Below are positions 8,166 through 15,548 of a stretch of 64,000 bases of DNA, piece after piece. The stretch lies in the IMG/VR virus record IMGVR_UViG_2974512403_000001, positions 1-64,000 of that record. One strand, written 5' to 3'. The first letter of the stretch is position 1, and each line of letters begins with the position of its first letter. This stretch comes from a virus. Lineage: Duplodnaviria > Caudoviricetes. Below the pieces are notes generated by a model. That model saw only the letters and a list, made by a program, of their open reading frames with translations, searched no databases and had not been told where the DNA came from. The translations under genes and the position numbers were made by a program.

Positions 8166-8372
8166 TTAATCATCGTCTTCTTTCTTTTTATCCTCAATAT
8201 CTTCAATCCTACCCATGACATAGCTGATCACGGCGAACAATGTTGACACGCCATATATTACATAACATTCATTGTTTGACAGCACCCCACTATTGTTAGC
8301 TATAATCAACGCGCCAACCGTGTAGGTTACGCACCATACGATATACGATCTAAGTAAGCTAATCTTCACCAT
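8166..8372 (-). CDS. Small membrane protein
   Basis: Two hydrophobic segments. Confidence 0.7.
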   Translation of the reverse strand: MVKISLLRSYIVWCVTYTVGALIIANNSGVLSNNECYVIYGVSTLFAVISYVMGRIEDIEDKKKEDDD

Positions 8373-8607
8373 CTCCCACTAAAATGAATCTTTTATCATT
8401 AGGGTCAAATTCTGGAAGATAGTCCCTAAACACGTGCTGATATTCAAAATAGGTCTCCTCATCAAATACTTGGGTGTACTCTGGGCCACCCAAATCTGAA
8501 AAATCTTTATTACAATCTGGATCTGCCATATATACAGATTTGCCGTCAGGTCCAATACATACCTCCAAATATTGATCTCCTGGGAGCATTTTTACTCTAA
8601 ATTTCAT
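8359..8607 (-). CDS. Hypothetical protein (82 aa)
   Basis: Start MKFRVK after AGGAG. Confidence 0.75.
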   Translation of the reverse strand: MKFRVKMLPGDQYLEVCIGPDGKSVYMADPDCNKDFSDLGGPEYTQVFDEETYFEYQHVFRDYLPEFDPNDKRFILVGDGED

Positions 8608-9001
8608 TGTTTTTCTCCTTAATCTCTTCATCAACTTCTGAAATCCCATCGTTTAAATCATCATTAATACTCATGGCCAGCGTTTTTGGATTATACGGCC
8701 TTGTTGTGTCAATTTCCCAAGCATTTTTACAATATGGGCATCTTGCAAAGTATAGCTCGCTTACTAACTTTTTCCCATCTTTTTCGACAATATGTGATTT
8801 CATACCGTCACCGATAATTTTTTCAACGCCCTGCCAATTACACTTTGGACATTTAATTCCTAATTGAATCCAATTATCGTAATTAGTATTATGTTTAAGA
8901 TCAACATTATAAACCCAAATCTCCTGATATCGGTTTAGATATACTCCCATAGTGGGTAATAAGCTCTCTTTACGAGTTTTAAACCCTTCCAACTTTGTCA
9001 T
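8597..9001 (-). CDS. Zn-ribbon-containing protein
   Basis: CPKC...CPYC. Confidence 0.75.
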   Translation of the reverse strand: MTKLEGFKTRKESLLPTMGVYLNRYQEIWVYNVDLKHNTNYDNWIQLGIKCPKCNWQGVEKIIGDGMKSHIVEKDGKKLVSELYFARCPYCKNAWEIDTTRPYNPKTLAMSINDDLNDGISEVDEEIKEKNNEI

Positions 9002-9291
9002 TAGTATTCTCCTTCAAAATAATATGGCTTTATACCGTATTCCCAATAGCAATACACATTGGATATAGCCTTCTTTTGTTTATAGGTTGGACTCCATCCA
9101 TTTGTTTTTATTCTATTAGCAATACTCCATGGTTTAAAGTTTTCCAGGGCATAATCAGAATCCGCACCATTTTTGATAATATAGTCCAAGAAATCATCAT
9201 TTTTCATGTCCATTAATTCGTCAAACATCTTGTTAGATAAAAATCTGGCGACCTCTAGCTCTTCGTAATCAAATCCATTGTTATCTTCCAT
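9001..9291 (-). CDS. Hypothetical protein (96 aa)
   Basis: ORF with AGGAG RBS. Confidence 0.75.
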   Translation of the reverse strand: MEDNNGFDYEELEVARFLSNKMFDELMDMKNDDFLDYIIKNGADSDYALENFKPWSIANRIKTNGWSPTYKQKKAISNVYCYWEYGIKPYYFEGEY

Positions 9292-9314
9292 AAAAACTCC
9301 TTAAAATCTACATT

Positions 9315-9752
9315 TTAGTTGGCTAGTTCCTTTTTAACCTTATCAAAGTCAATCGGGACATTTTTGTTCTCTCTTAACATGTCGATTTCCTTTAATGTAA
9401 AGCTAACTTGATCGGTGGTATTATATTTATCGCCAAAATTCGGGAACCCGGTATATTTGTTAAATGATAGATACCCGTTCTTACCAGCAAACACGTGAAT
9501 AAAAAATCTTTTTTCTTCGGTGCGCTCGTCAACTGGTGTATGCACGTATGTCATAAGTAGCTTATAAAACTCATCTGAAATATCTTCTGACCAACATGTA
9601 TCTAGCGCATTTTTCCTACCCTTATCAATCTCAGCAACAATCTGGTTATAACTATTACGAATGACAATATATTCTTCATAGTCCTCTACATTATAGCACC
9701 CACCATGTTCAATCCGATCAATAAATTCTTTTGTTTTCATATTTTCCTCCAA
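9315..9752 (-). CDS. Conserved phage protein (paralog family with 6344, 10489)
   Basis: TPVDER and FTLKEI...PIDFDKV motifs; start may be 9740. Confidence 0.8.
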   Translation of the reverse strand: MEENMKTKEFIDRIEHGGCYNVEDYEEYIVIRNSYNQIVAEIDKGRKNALDTCWSEDISDEFYKLLMTYVHTPVDERTEEKRFFIHVFAGKNGYLSFNKYTGFPNFGDKYNTTDQVSFTLKEIDMLRENKNVPIDFDKVKKELAN

Positions 9753-9754
9753 TA

Positions 9755-9952
9755 TTAGGGTTCAAAGACGTGTGGAACATAGTCTTTCGGCTTAACTACA
9801 TAATAGTCTGGTGAAGATTCTCCAGAAAGTTGTTTGTTTAATCCATCTGCGATAAATTTCGCATAGTAACTAGAAACATCCTTTGCAACTATTGTTTCGT
9901 TATATGCGTCTAGGTAAAAATTACTAATCTCAACAATATTGTACTTATTCAT
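9755..9952 (-). CDS. Hypothetical protein (65 aa)
   Basis: GGAGG RBS. Confidence 0.75.
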   Translation of the reverse strand: MNKYNIVEISNFYLDAYNETIVAKDVSSYYAKFIADGLNKQLSGESSPDYYVVKPKDYVPHVFEP

Positions 9953-9998
9953 ATTTACCTCCTGATGTCATTTATGGCTATTTTCTAACTTCATGCGC

Positions 9999-10271
9999 CT
10001 AAGTCATATCTTCTATTTTATCAATTCTCAAATAATGCCTATCAGAATAATTATCTGAATCCGCAATATACAAAATATGATCTTCATCACAACTAACTCC
10101 AACTATGTCATTTTCGTTATAATCATAGAACTTATCTTTAAAATTTTGTATTTCCGCATTAATCTGGCTACCGTTAATAAGTGCAACCCTATTAACTGTT
10201 GGAAAAATATCAAGCAAAGATGGGTAAGTTTCCTTGGTGACTGTGACATCTTTTAATAGATATTTGCCCAT
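9999..10271 (-). CDS. Hypothetical protein (90 aa)
   Basis: GGAGGAG RBS. Confidence 0.75.
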   Translation of the reverse strand: MGKYLLKDVTVTKETYPSLLDIFPTVNRVALINGSQINAEIQNFKDKFYDYNENDIVGVSCDEDHILYIADSDNYSDRHYLRIDKIEDMT

Positions 10272-10280
10272 ATTCTCCTC

Positions 10281-10499
10281 CTAATATCCTTGCTCATTAC
10301 ATTCATCTACTACAGCGAGAATCTTTATTGTAAAGTGGTGTTTACTATCATCAAACACACCATCTGTACAGGCAATAACAAAATTTCTAAGTTTCTCTAA
10401 ATTCCCGTCAAAATTATCTTTTGTCAACAGTACACTATCTTCGTCATCATATTCCATAATGGCCGCATATACGTCATTGATGCTATAGTTAATGTTCAT
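10281..10499 (-). CDS. Acidic hypothetical protein (72 aa)
   Basis: Start MNINYS after GGGGG. Confidence 0.7.
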   Translation of the reverse strand: MNINYSINDVYAAIMEYDDEDSVLLTKDNFDGNLEKLRNFVIACTDGVFDDSKHHFTIKILAVVDECNEQGY

Positions 10500-10932
10500 T
10501 ATTATCCCCCACTGGGATTGGATCAAAATTATTCTCTGTCAAGAAGAAGCCTGGATTATTAATCATCCCATCAATTTCGTCCACAGAAAAACTAACCTTT
10601 GCCCATGAAAAAGAATCATTGGTATCATCAGTAAAGTATCGATCTTCTTGCATGTCATAATTCAAGTAGCCTGTTTCTTTATCTAACCCCTTAATTTTGA
10701 TATAATACTTTTTGTTAGTATTACGCCAATTCTTTAAAGTCTTTTGATCTTTTACTGGGGTGTATTCTGTCTGATCTGCTAGGTTCATCAGTGTTTCTTT
10801 CGCATTGTCGGCTCCAACCACGGTATGTGATCCATCATTAAAAACTATTCGCCAACTTCCAAAATCACTTTTAGACATATATTTAATACTATCAGCATCT
10901 AAATATAATCCCTCATTCGCTTTAACCAACAT
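10489..10932 (-). CDS. Conserved phage protein (C-half related to 6344, 9315)
   Basis: Start MLVKAN; TPVKDQ...KYYIKI...GYLN...FSVDEI. Confidence 0.75.
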   Translation of the reverse strand: MLVKANEGLYLDADSIKYMSKSDFGSWRIVFNDGSHTVVGADNAKETLMNLADQTEYTPVKDQKTLKNWRNTNKKYYIKIKGLDKETGYLNYDMQEDRYFTDDTNDSFSWAKVSFSVDEIDGMINNPGFFLTENNFDPIPVGDNNEH

Positions 10933-10963
10933 ATTCGTCACCTGTCCTTTTATTGATAAATAC

Positions 10964-10992
10964 ATTATCGCATTTTAACTTCTCCATGTCAA
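10964..10992 (-). promoter_or_regulatory. SigmaA-type promoter
   Basis: TTGACA-N17-GATAAT with TG extension. Confidence 0.75.
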
Positions 10993-11001
10993 ATTTATTT
11001 A

Positions 11002-11026
11002 CAAAAAAAAGACCCTATAGGGGCCT
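11002..11026 (-). terminator. Intrinsic terminator
   Basis: Minus: AGGCCCC-TATA-GGGTCT + T run. Confidence 0.7.
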
Positions 11027-11031
11027 TGATA

Positions 11032-11229
11032 CTATTTATAAAACGCTTGTTTTGTAATTCCAACTTTAGTAATCAATACTGTATTTTGCTCGTCAGCTAA
11101 TCTAACTTTTAGACCAGAGATAGCTTTTTCTTCATCACCACAAAAGTTCGTATACCAGATAAATCCATGAGTTTTTGCCCACGCGTTTGATTCTCCTAGT
11201 GTTTTAAATTCTTTATAACTAATTTTCAT
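11032..11229 (-). CDS. Hypothetical protein (65 aa)
   Basis: ORF. Confidence 0.7.
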   Translation of the reverse strand: MKISYKEFKTLGESNAWAKTHGFIWYTNFCGDEEKAISGLKVRLADEQNTVLITKVGITKQAFYK

Positions 11230-11353
11230 CTTTAATCATTCCATATAGCGTAGTGATTGTCTTTGCCATTTCAATGCTATGGTCATTTTTGTCTAATAGT
11301 GCCAGTAAATAAGCTCTAATAGCAATGTAAATATCACTTTCCATATTTTTCAT
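11219..11353 (-). CDS. Small hypothetical protein (44 aa), not in ORF track
   Basis: GGGAG RBS; MKNMESDIY...KDEN. Confidence 0.55.
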   Translation of the reverse strand: MKNMESDIYIAIRAYLLALLDKNDHSIEMAKTITTLYGMIKDEN

Positions 11354-11370
11354 CTCCCATTATATACTAT

Positions 11371-11697
11371 CTACTCTTCTCGCACGGTCGCATACGGATA
11401 CTCAGCGCAATTTTCTGACAACTCTCGCATAAAGTTCAAGCAGTTCTTAATCGTACCCCACCCATTTTCAGCTTCAAATTGTCGGTAGAATAGTGGTTTA
11501 GAATTAATATCCATAATCGCTTTTCTGAGTTTTGGTTCCAAATCTCTAGCGATCATACCGTTCCAATCTTTTGGACTGCTGCCAACGCTTTTCACAAACA
11601 TGTCTCTTAAATTATAAGTAACACTTAAGCCGTCGCCCATTTCAATCCACTTATCAACATCTTGAATTTTAGCCTCTAAATAAATATAATAACTCAT
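11371..11697 (-). CDS. Conserved phage protein
   Basis: VTYNL...AENGWGT motif common in phage hypotheticals. Confidence 0.75.
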   Translation of the reverse strand: MSYYIYLEAKIQDVDKWIEMGDGLSVTYNLRDMFVKSVGSSPKDWNGMIARDLEPKLRKAIMDINSKPLFYRQFEAENGWGTIKNCLNFMRELSENCAEYPYATVREE

Positions 11698-11702
11698 TTT
11701 AA

Positions 11703-12137
11703 TTATCCTTCCTCCAGTAGCTCCGGATTCTCATGCACGTTGCCTTTTAACAATACGTCTGATTCCGGGTCATCAAACTCACAAAATGGTACAAATTCTT
11801 TAGCGTTATAATGATTGATATGTGCGTCTGTGTGGCTAATTCTATTAATTAAAATCCCCAAAGACCAATTACTTTTGATAACAATTCCAATATATTCAGT
11901 TTCAAGGTCTGTTACTCCACCCATAGAATGTTCATAGAATTGGTCGCTATACTGAACAATGTCGCCTTCATAGATGTCCTTGCCGTTCACGTCTGTCAGT
12001 CCAGTAAACTGTTCAACAGCATATCGCTCGTTATCGAGCAAGAAGTCGCCAAAGCAAGATTCATTCGTATCGTAAGTGTCCTGCACATCATATAGATAAG
12101 ATTCGTTTTCCTTGTTCCATGCTCTAAACTTAATCAT
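11703..12137 (-). CDS. YopX family protein
   Basis: MIKFRAW...EQFTGLTDVNGKDIYEGDIV...GNVHENPELL. Confidence 0.9.
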   Translation of the reverse strand: MIKFRAWNKENESYLYDVQDTYDTNESCFGDFLLDNERYAVEQFTGLTDVNGKDIYEGDIVQYSDQFYEHSMGGVTDLETEYIGIVIKSNWSLGILINRISHTDAHINHYNAKEFVPFCEFDDPESDVLLKGNVHENPELLEEG

Positions 12138-12307
12138 TGTTTGCCTCCAGTTTTAATAATGTCGTAGCCCCACTCAAAGTGCTGGTGAGCTGTTTCTCTG
12201 GCAGCCGCTTCGATTTCTTTTTCAGTCGCATCATCTGGCATCTCAATAGTATCATGCCATTCTGCATTAACGTCCCAGCACGAAGACCATACATCTAGCT
12301 TAATCAT
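12134..12307 (-). CDS. Small hypothetical protein (57 aa), not in ORF track
   Basis: GGAGG RBS; MIKLDVWSS...; stop overlaps YopX start. Confidence 0.65.
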   Translation of the reverse strand: MIKLDVWSSCWDVNAEWHDTIEMPDDATEKEIEAAARETAHQHFEWGYDIIKTGGKQ

Positions 12308-12319
12308 CGCTGCTACCTC

Positions 12320-12457
12320 CTAAATTACTAGCTCTGTTTCAAACATAGTTGCGGGTACGTCTATGGAATTAAGTGCCGCTTTGTAGATCAATGCTCTTTC
12401 TTTTATCTTAAATGCCTTCATACCGTCTCCAGTATTTTCAACCACATAAATTTTTAT
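12320..12457 (-). CDS. Small ORF (45 aa) with non-canonical ATA start, or decayed gene
   Basis: GGAGGA then ATA AAA ATT TAT GTG...; open to TAG. Confidence 0.45.
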   Translation of the reverse strand: MKIYVVENTGDGMKAFKIKERALIYKAALNSIDVPATMFETELVI

Positions 12458-12459
12458 TT

Positions 12460-12528
12460 TTAATCCTCCCCGAACGTCTCGAATGCTTGTTTTCGTTCCT
12501 CGCTAGTTGGTTCTGTTATGATCACCAT
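12460..12528 (-). CDS. Micro-ORF (22 aa)
   Basis: AAGGAG RBS; MVIITEPTSEERKQAFETFGED. Confidence 0.5.
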   Translation of the reverse strand: MVIITEPTSEERKQAFETFGED

Positions 12529-12697
12529 ATTTACTTCTCCTTTCCATAAAATAGTAATTTTATTGTGATTTTTCTTTGATGTGCGCCCATAAAACACCCT
12601 ACGAGCCATTTACGGGGTGTCTAAGCAATTATACTATGATTCTAGTATAATTACATTAAGAACAATTTTAATGCCTGTTAGGTCCTCTTTAAGGAAG

Positions 12698-12976
12698 TCA
12701 CTTTTTCTGTTGTTCAATATTTTTAACTAAATACCAATCTGACGATAGCATATCTGTTTGACTCGCAAGCCAACCAACCTGTACGACTCCACTTGTGGTT
12801 CTAATTGCTAACACATCAGAACATTCCTTGAAATCTTGGACTGGTGATAAATAAAATATGCTATCTTCAAGATCTATGCCCCGGACAAGAAAAATATATT
12901 GTCCAGCTCCGTTCCATCCATGACGTGAAACAAGTTCTCCATTTTTTAATTCTTCGAGTGCTTCTCCAAAAGTCAT
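12698..12976 (-). CDS. DUF2829/Tad2-like protein
   Basis: MTFGEALEELKNG...RHGWNG...GWLASQTDMLSSDW. Confidence 0.85.
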   Translation of the reverse strand: MTFGEALEELKNGELVSRHGWNGAGQYIFLVRGIDLEDSIFYLSPVQDFKECSDVLAIRTTSGVVQVGWLASQTDMLSSDWYLVKNIEQQKK

Positions 12977-12986
12977 ACTGTTCCTC

Positions 12987-13535
12987 CTAGCCTAATTCTG
13001 GATCAATTAATAATACACCAACGGTGTGAAACATTCTTGATAGTTCTGCGAAAGTATCTTCATCTGACCCAATGGCATTTTTTAGTTGACCCCATGCAGT
13101 CTCTTGGGGTACTTCTTTCCCATTCGGTAATCCATCACTGCAAACGTCGGTAAAATAGATCTGTGTAGCTTGTTCTAAGCTTTGAGCGACAATTAATGCA
13201 CTATAATCATTATCTGGGGTTTTAAATTCATAATATTTGTTTTCTGGCTGAACTAACTCCCAGTCTTCTGCTAACATATCGTCCATGTAGGGCGTAGCAG
13301 GCGCCAGCCCGCCATTATTTTTCAGCTTTGCCATAATCATCTTATTCGCATAAGAATATTTGTCCGTCACTTCATTATAGACCCGTGCAGAGAATTTTGG
13401 GATGAACCAATAGCCACCCCAACTGTGGCGTTTGACTTGTTTACCTTCTTTTAAATACCTAATTGCCAGATCAAATCCAAAGCCAAATTTTCTAAGTCTC
13501 ATTTTACCGTTGTCAGTAACACGCATTTCAGTCAT
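12987..13535 (-). CDS. DUF2829/Tad2-like domain fused to a C-terminal phage domain
   Basis: FDLAIRYLKEGKQVKRHSW...DDMLAEDWELV, then YYEF...ALIVA...LLID. Confidence 0.7.
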   Translation of the reverse strand: MTEMRVTDNGKMRLRKFGFGFDLAIRYLKEGKQVKRHSWGGYWFIPKFSARVYNEVTDKYSYANKMIMAKLKNNGGLAPATPYMDDMLAEDWELVQPENKYYEFKTPDNDYSALIVAQSLEQATQIYFTDVCSDGLPNGKEVPQETAWGQLKNAIGSDEDTFAELSRMFHTVGVLLIDPELG

Positions 13536-13708
13536 TACTTAATCCCCCTCCAAACATGAATACCAAACGCTACATACAATGAAACAAAAATCAGGTACAG
13601 TGCGCCCGCAATCAATTCAGGTAACAGTACAAGCCACCACGACCATGTGATAATTCCCATTAACTTCAATACGATAAACACAATCGTCAATGTTTCTGTA
13701 AATCCCAC
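13535..13708 (-). CDS. Small transmembrane protein (57 aa)
   Basis: GTG start after AGGGGG; LTIVFIVLKLMGIITWSWWLVLLP. Confidence 0.75.
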   Translation of the reverse strand: MGFTETLTIVFIVLKLMGIITWSWWLVLLPELIAGALYLIFVSLYVAFGIHVWRGIK

Positions 13709-13721
13709 TATATAATTCCCC

Positions 13722-13994
13722 CTATTTTCTTTCAAACCTAACTGCTGTCGTTCCAACTAGCACAGAATCAAACGCATCAGAAAACAACATTACCAAATCA
13801 TCTAATCCTTCATAAATATATGTTTCCCCAGTACCAAGATTAGTTATCCCATACTGACAAGGAGCACTATCATCATAGCCTTGCTTAATACTAGTTATGA
13901 TATAATAGCAACCGACCTTATCTTTAATCACATTTCCTGGCTTAAATGCCATTTCTGGTTTAATTCCAATTTCTAATCCGCTTAAAATTTCCAT
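13722..13994 (-). CDS. GNVI-motif paralog 1 (90 aa)
   Basis: Start MEILSG after GGAGG; FKPGNVIK. Confidence 0.8.
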   Translation of the reverse strand: MEILSGLEIGIKPEMAFKPGNVIKDKVGCYYIITSIKQGYDDSAPCQYGITNLGTGETYIYEGLDDLVMLFSDAFDSVLVGTTAVRFERK

Positions 13995-13995
13995 T

Positions 13996-14274
13996 TTATT
14001 CCTCCGAATTAGGATTAAACTCAAACGAACCAGATAAAAGTACGTCACCTTTGCGAGCAAAGCATTTTGCAAGCTCATATTCACTTGAAAAGAACTTGGC
14101 ATTTTCTGGACCCTCAATAATCATGGAACTTTCTAAGTCAGCTAAGCAAAACTTCGTCTGTCCATCAGCATTTGTTCCTAAAACTACGTACAAGTTGTTG
14201 TATATGTCCTTAATAACATTTCCCAACTGATATAACCCATAAGGCTTTTCTTTATCAATCCCCGTAATTTTCAT
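13996..14274 (-). CDS. GNVI-motif paralog 2
   Basis: YQLGNVIK...DVLLSG. Confidence 0.8.
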   Translation of the reverse strand: MKITGIDKEKPYGLYQLGNVIKDIYNNLYVVLGTNADGQTKFCLADLESSMIIEGPENAKFFSSEYELAKCFARKGDVLLSGSFEFNPNSEE

Positions 14275-14288
14275 TATTTTCTCCTAAT

Positions 14289-14519
14289 TTAATCAAAATC
14301 AACTAAATGTTTACCAGATACAAGAATGTCATCAATATCTAATCTTAATGTTAATTCTTGCAATGAATTATAACGTGTAGGATTAATTCCACTGCTCAAA
14401 TCAACTAATCCATACTTATTATCAATTTCGGTAATAATAAATAGTTTTCCATTGTGATAGATTACGTTGCCTACATTGTATGAACCTTTTTCTGTGTCGA
14501 GACCTTCAACTAGTTTCAT
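14289..14519 (-). CDS. GNVI-motif paralog 3
   Basis: YNVGNVIY...YGLVDL...DILVSG. Confidence 0.8.
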   Translation of the reverse strand: MKLVEGLDTEKGSYNVGNVIYHNGKLFIITEIDNKYGLVDLSSGINPTRYNSLQELTLRLDIDDILVSGKHLVDFD

Positions 14520-14529
14520 TTTTCTCTCC

Positions 14530-14811
14530 TTAATCCACGTCGAATGTATTTTTCCCAGTTAGTAAAACATCACCACCATCATAAAATGCGTTTGACAACT
14601 CTGTCTCGGTATCAAACCAGCATTCTCCACTATAATATTGTAATCTGCCGTCTTCTAAAGACACTAGACCAAATTTATCGTCTGTGTGATTTCTCAGATT
14701 ACTATCTTTTACTACTACGAAGTAAATACCTCTTCCACATTTGATCACATTTCCAACCTTATATAACTTGCTTGGATCTTGTGGGTTGACACTATTGTCT
14801 AAAAGTTTCAT
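14530..14811 (-). CDS. GNVI-motif paralog 4
   Basis: YKVGNVIK...FGLVSL...DVLLTG. Confidence 0.8.
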   Translation of the reverse strand: MKLLDNSVNPQDPSKLYKVGNVIKCGRGIYFVVVKDSNLRNHTDDKFGLVSLEDGRLQYYSGECWFDTETELSNAFYDGGDVLLTGKNTFDVD

Positions 14812-14812
14812 T

Positions 14813-15331
14813 CTATTCGTCCTCCTCGTCTAAGTTGAAAATTTCATTCGTAATTTCTGTCAAGTGACGATTTTTATCCAACACATCAATCGCATCCTGC
14901 TTGTTCATAAAAACTTTTCCTTGTGCTTTATCAAACTTAAGTCCATCAGCGGCGTACCACATGTTATAAAGAATCTCATGAATCATATATTGATGTTCAA
15001 TTGATGGGTTGATATGATTTACCGCATCCCATTTCTTTTGAGTATCTGCAATAGGGATTTCAAGCCCATCCCTATCAACAAAATATTTTTGTTCGTTAGG
15101 ATCTACCTTAATTAAAGATTCGATGCAAGATTCTGGAATATACCCATACAAATTTTGCATTCCACGCACCTCAAACTTATAGTCATGTTCAAGTTTATAA
15201 TCACGGGACACATACAACACTTTTCCAGACATATCTGGGTTTGAATCGATAAGCGTCGTATCACCGCTAATGTAATGTAACATAGATGTTCCAAGATCCT
15301 TTTTTAATACGCAAAAATAGTTTTGTCTCAT
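14813..15331 (-). CDS. Hypothetical protein (172 aa)
   Basis: Start MRQNYF after GAGGA. Confidence 0.75.
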   Translation of the reverse strand: MRQNYFCVLKKDLGTSMLHYISGDTTLIDSNPDMSGKVLYVSRDYKLEHDYKFEVRGMQNLYGYIPESCIESLIKVDPNEQKYFVDRDGLEIPIADTQKKWDAVNHINPSIEHQYMIHEILYNMWYAADGLKFDKAQGKVFMNKQDAIDVLDKNRHLTEITNEIFNLDEEDE

Positions 15332-15332
15332 T

Positions 15333-15473
15333 TTAAATTCCTCGCTTTTTAACATTAGCAAAAATATGGCAATCTTTGCATTCAACAACATCTACATTTC
15401 CAAACGTCTTTAACCAAGGTTTGTTGTGTACTTTCTTCCATCGATGTTTCTTATGCCCAGTAAAAATATTCAT
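15333..15473 (-). CDS. Small basic protein (46 aa), not in ORF track
   Basis: GGAGG RBS; MNIFTGHKKHRW...CKDCH. Confidence 0.6.
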   Translation of the reverse strand: MNIFTGHKKHRWKKVHNKPWLKTFGNVDVVECKDCHIFANVKKRGI

Positions 15474-15494
15474 ATGTTTTTCCTCCATGAATTA

Positions 15495-15523
15495 ATAATA
15501 CAGCTACTGATTCTTTATGTCAA
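15495..15523 (-). promoter_or_regulatory. SigmaA-type promoter
   Basis: TTGACA-N17-TATTAT. Confidence 0.75.
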
Positions 15524-15525
15524 TA

Positions 15526-15548
15526 TAAAAAGGGCTTTTAGCCCTTTA
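15526..15548 (-). terminator. Intrinsic terminator after recJ
   Basis: AAAGGGCT-TTT-AGCCCTTT with flanking A/T runs. Confidence 0.7.
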
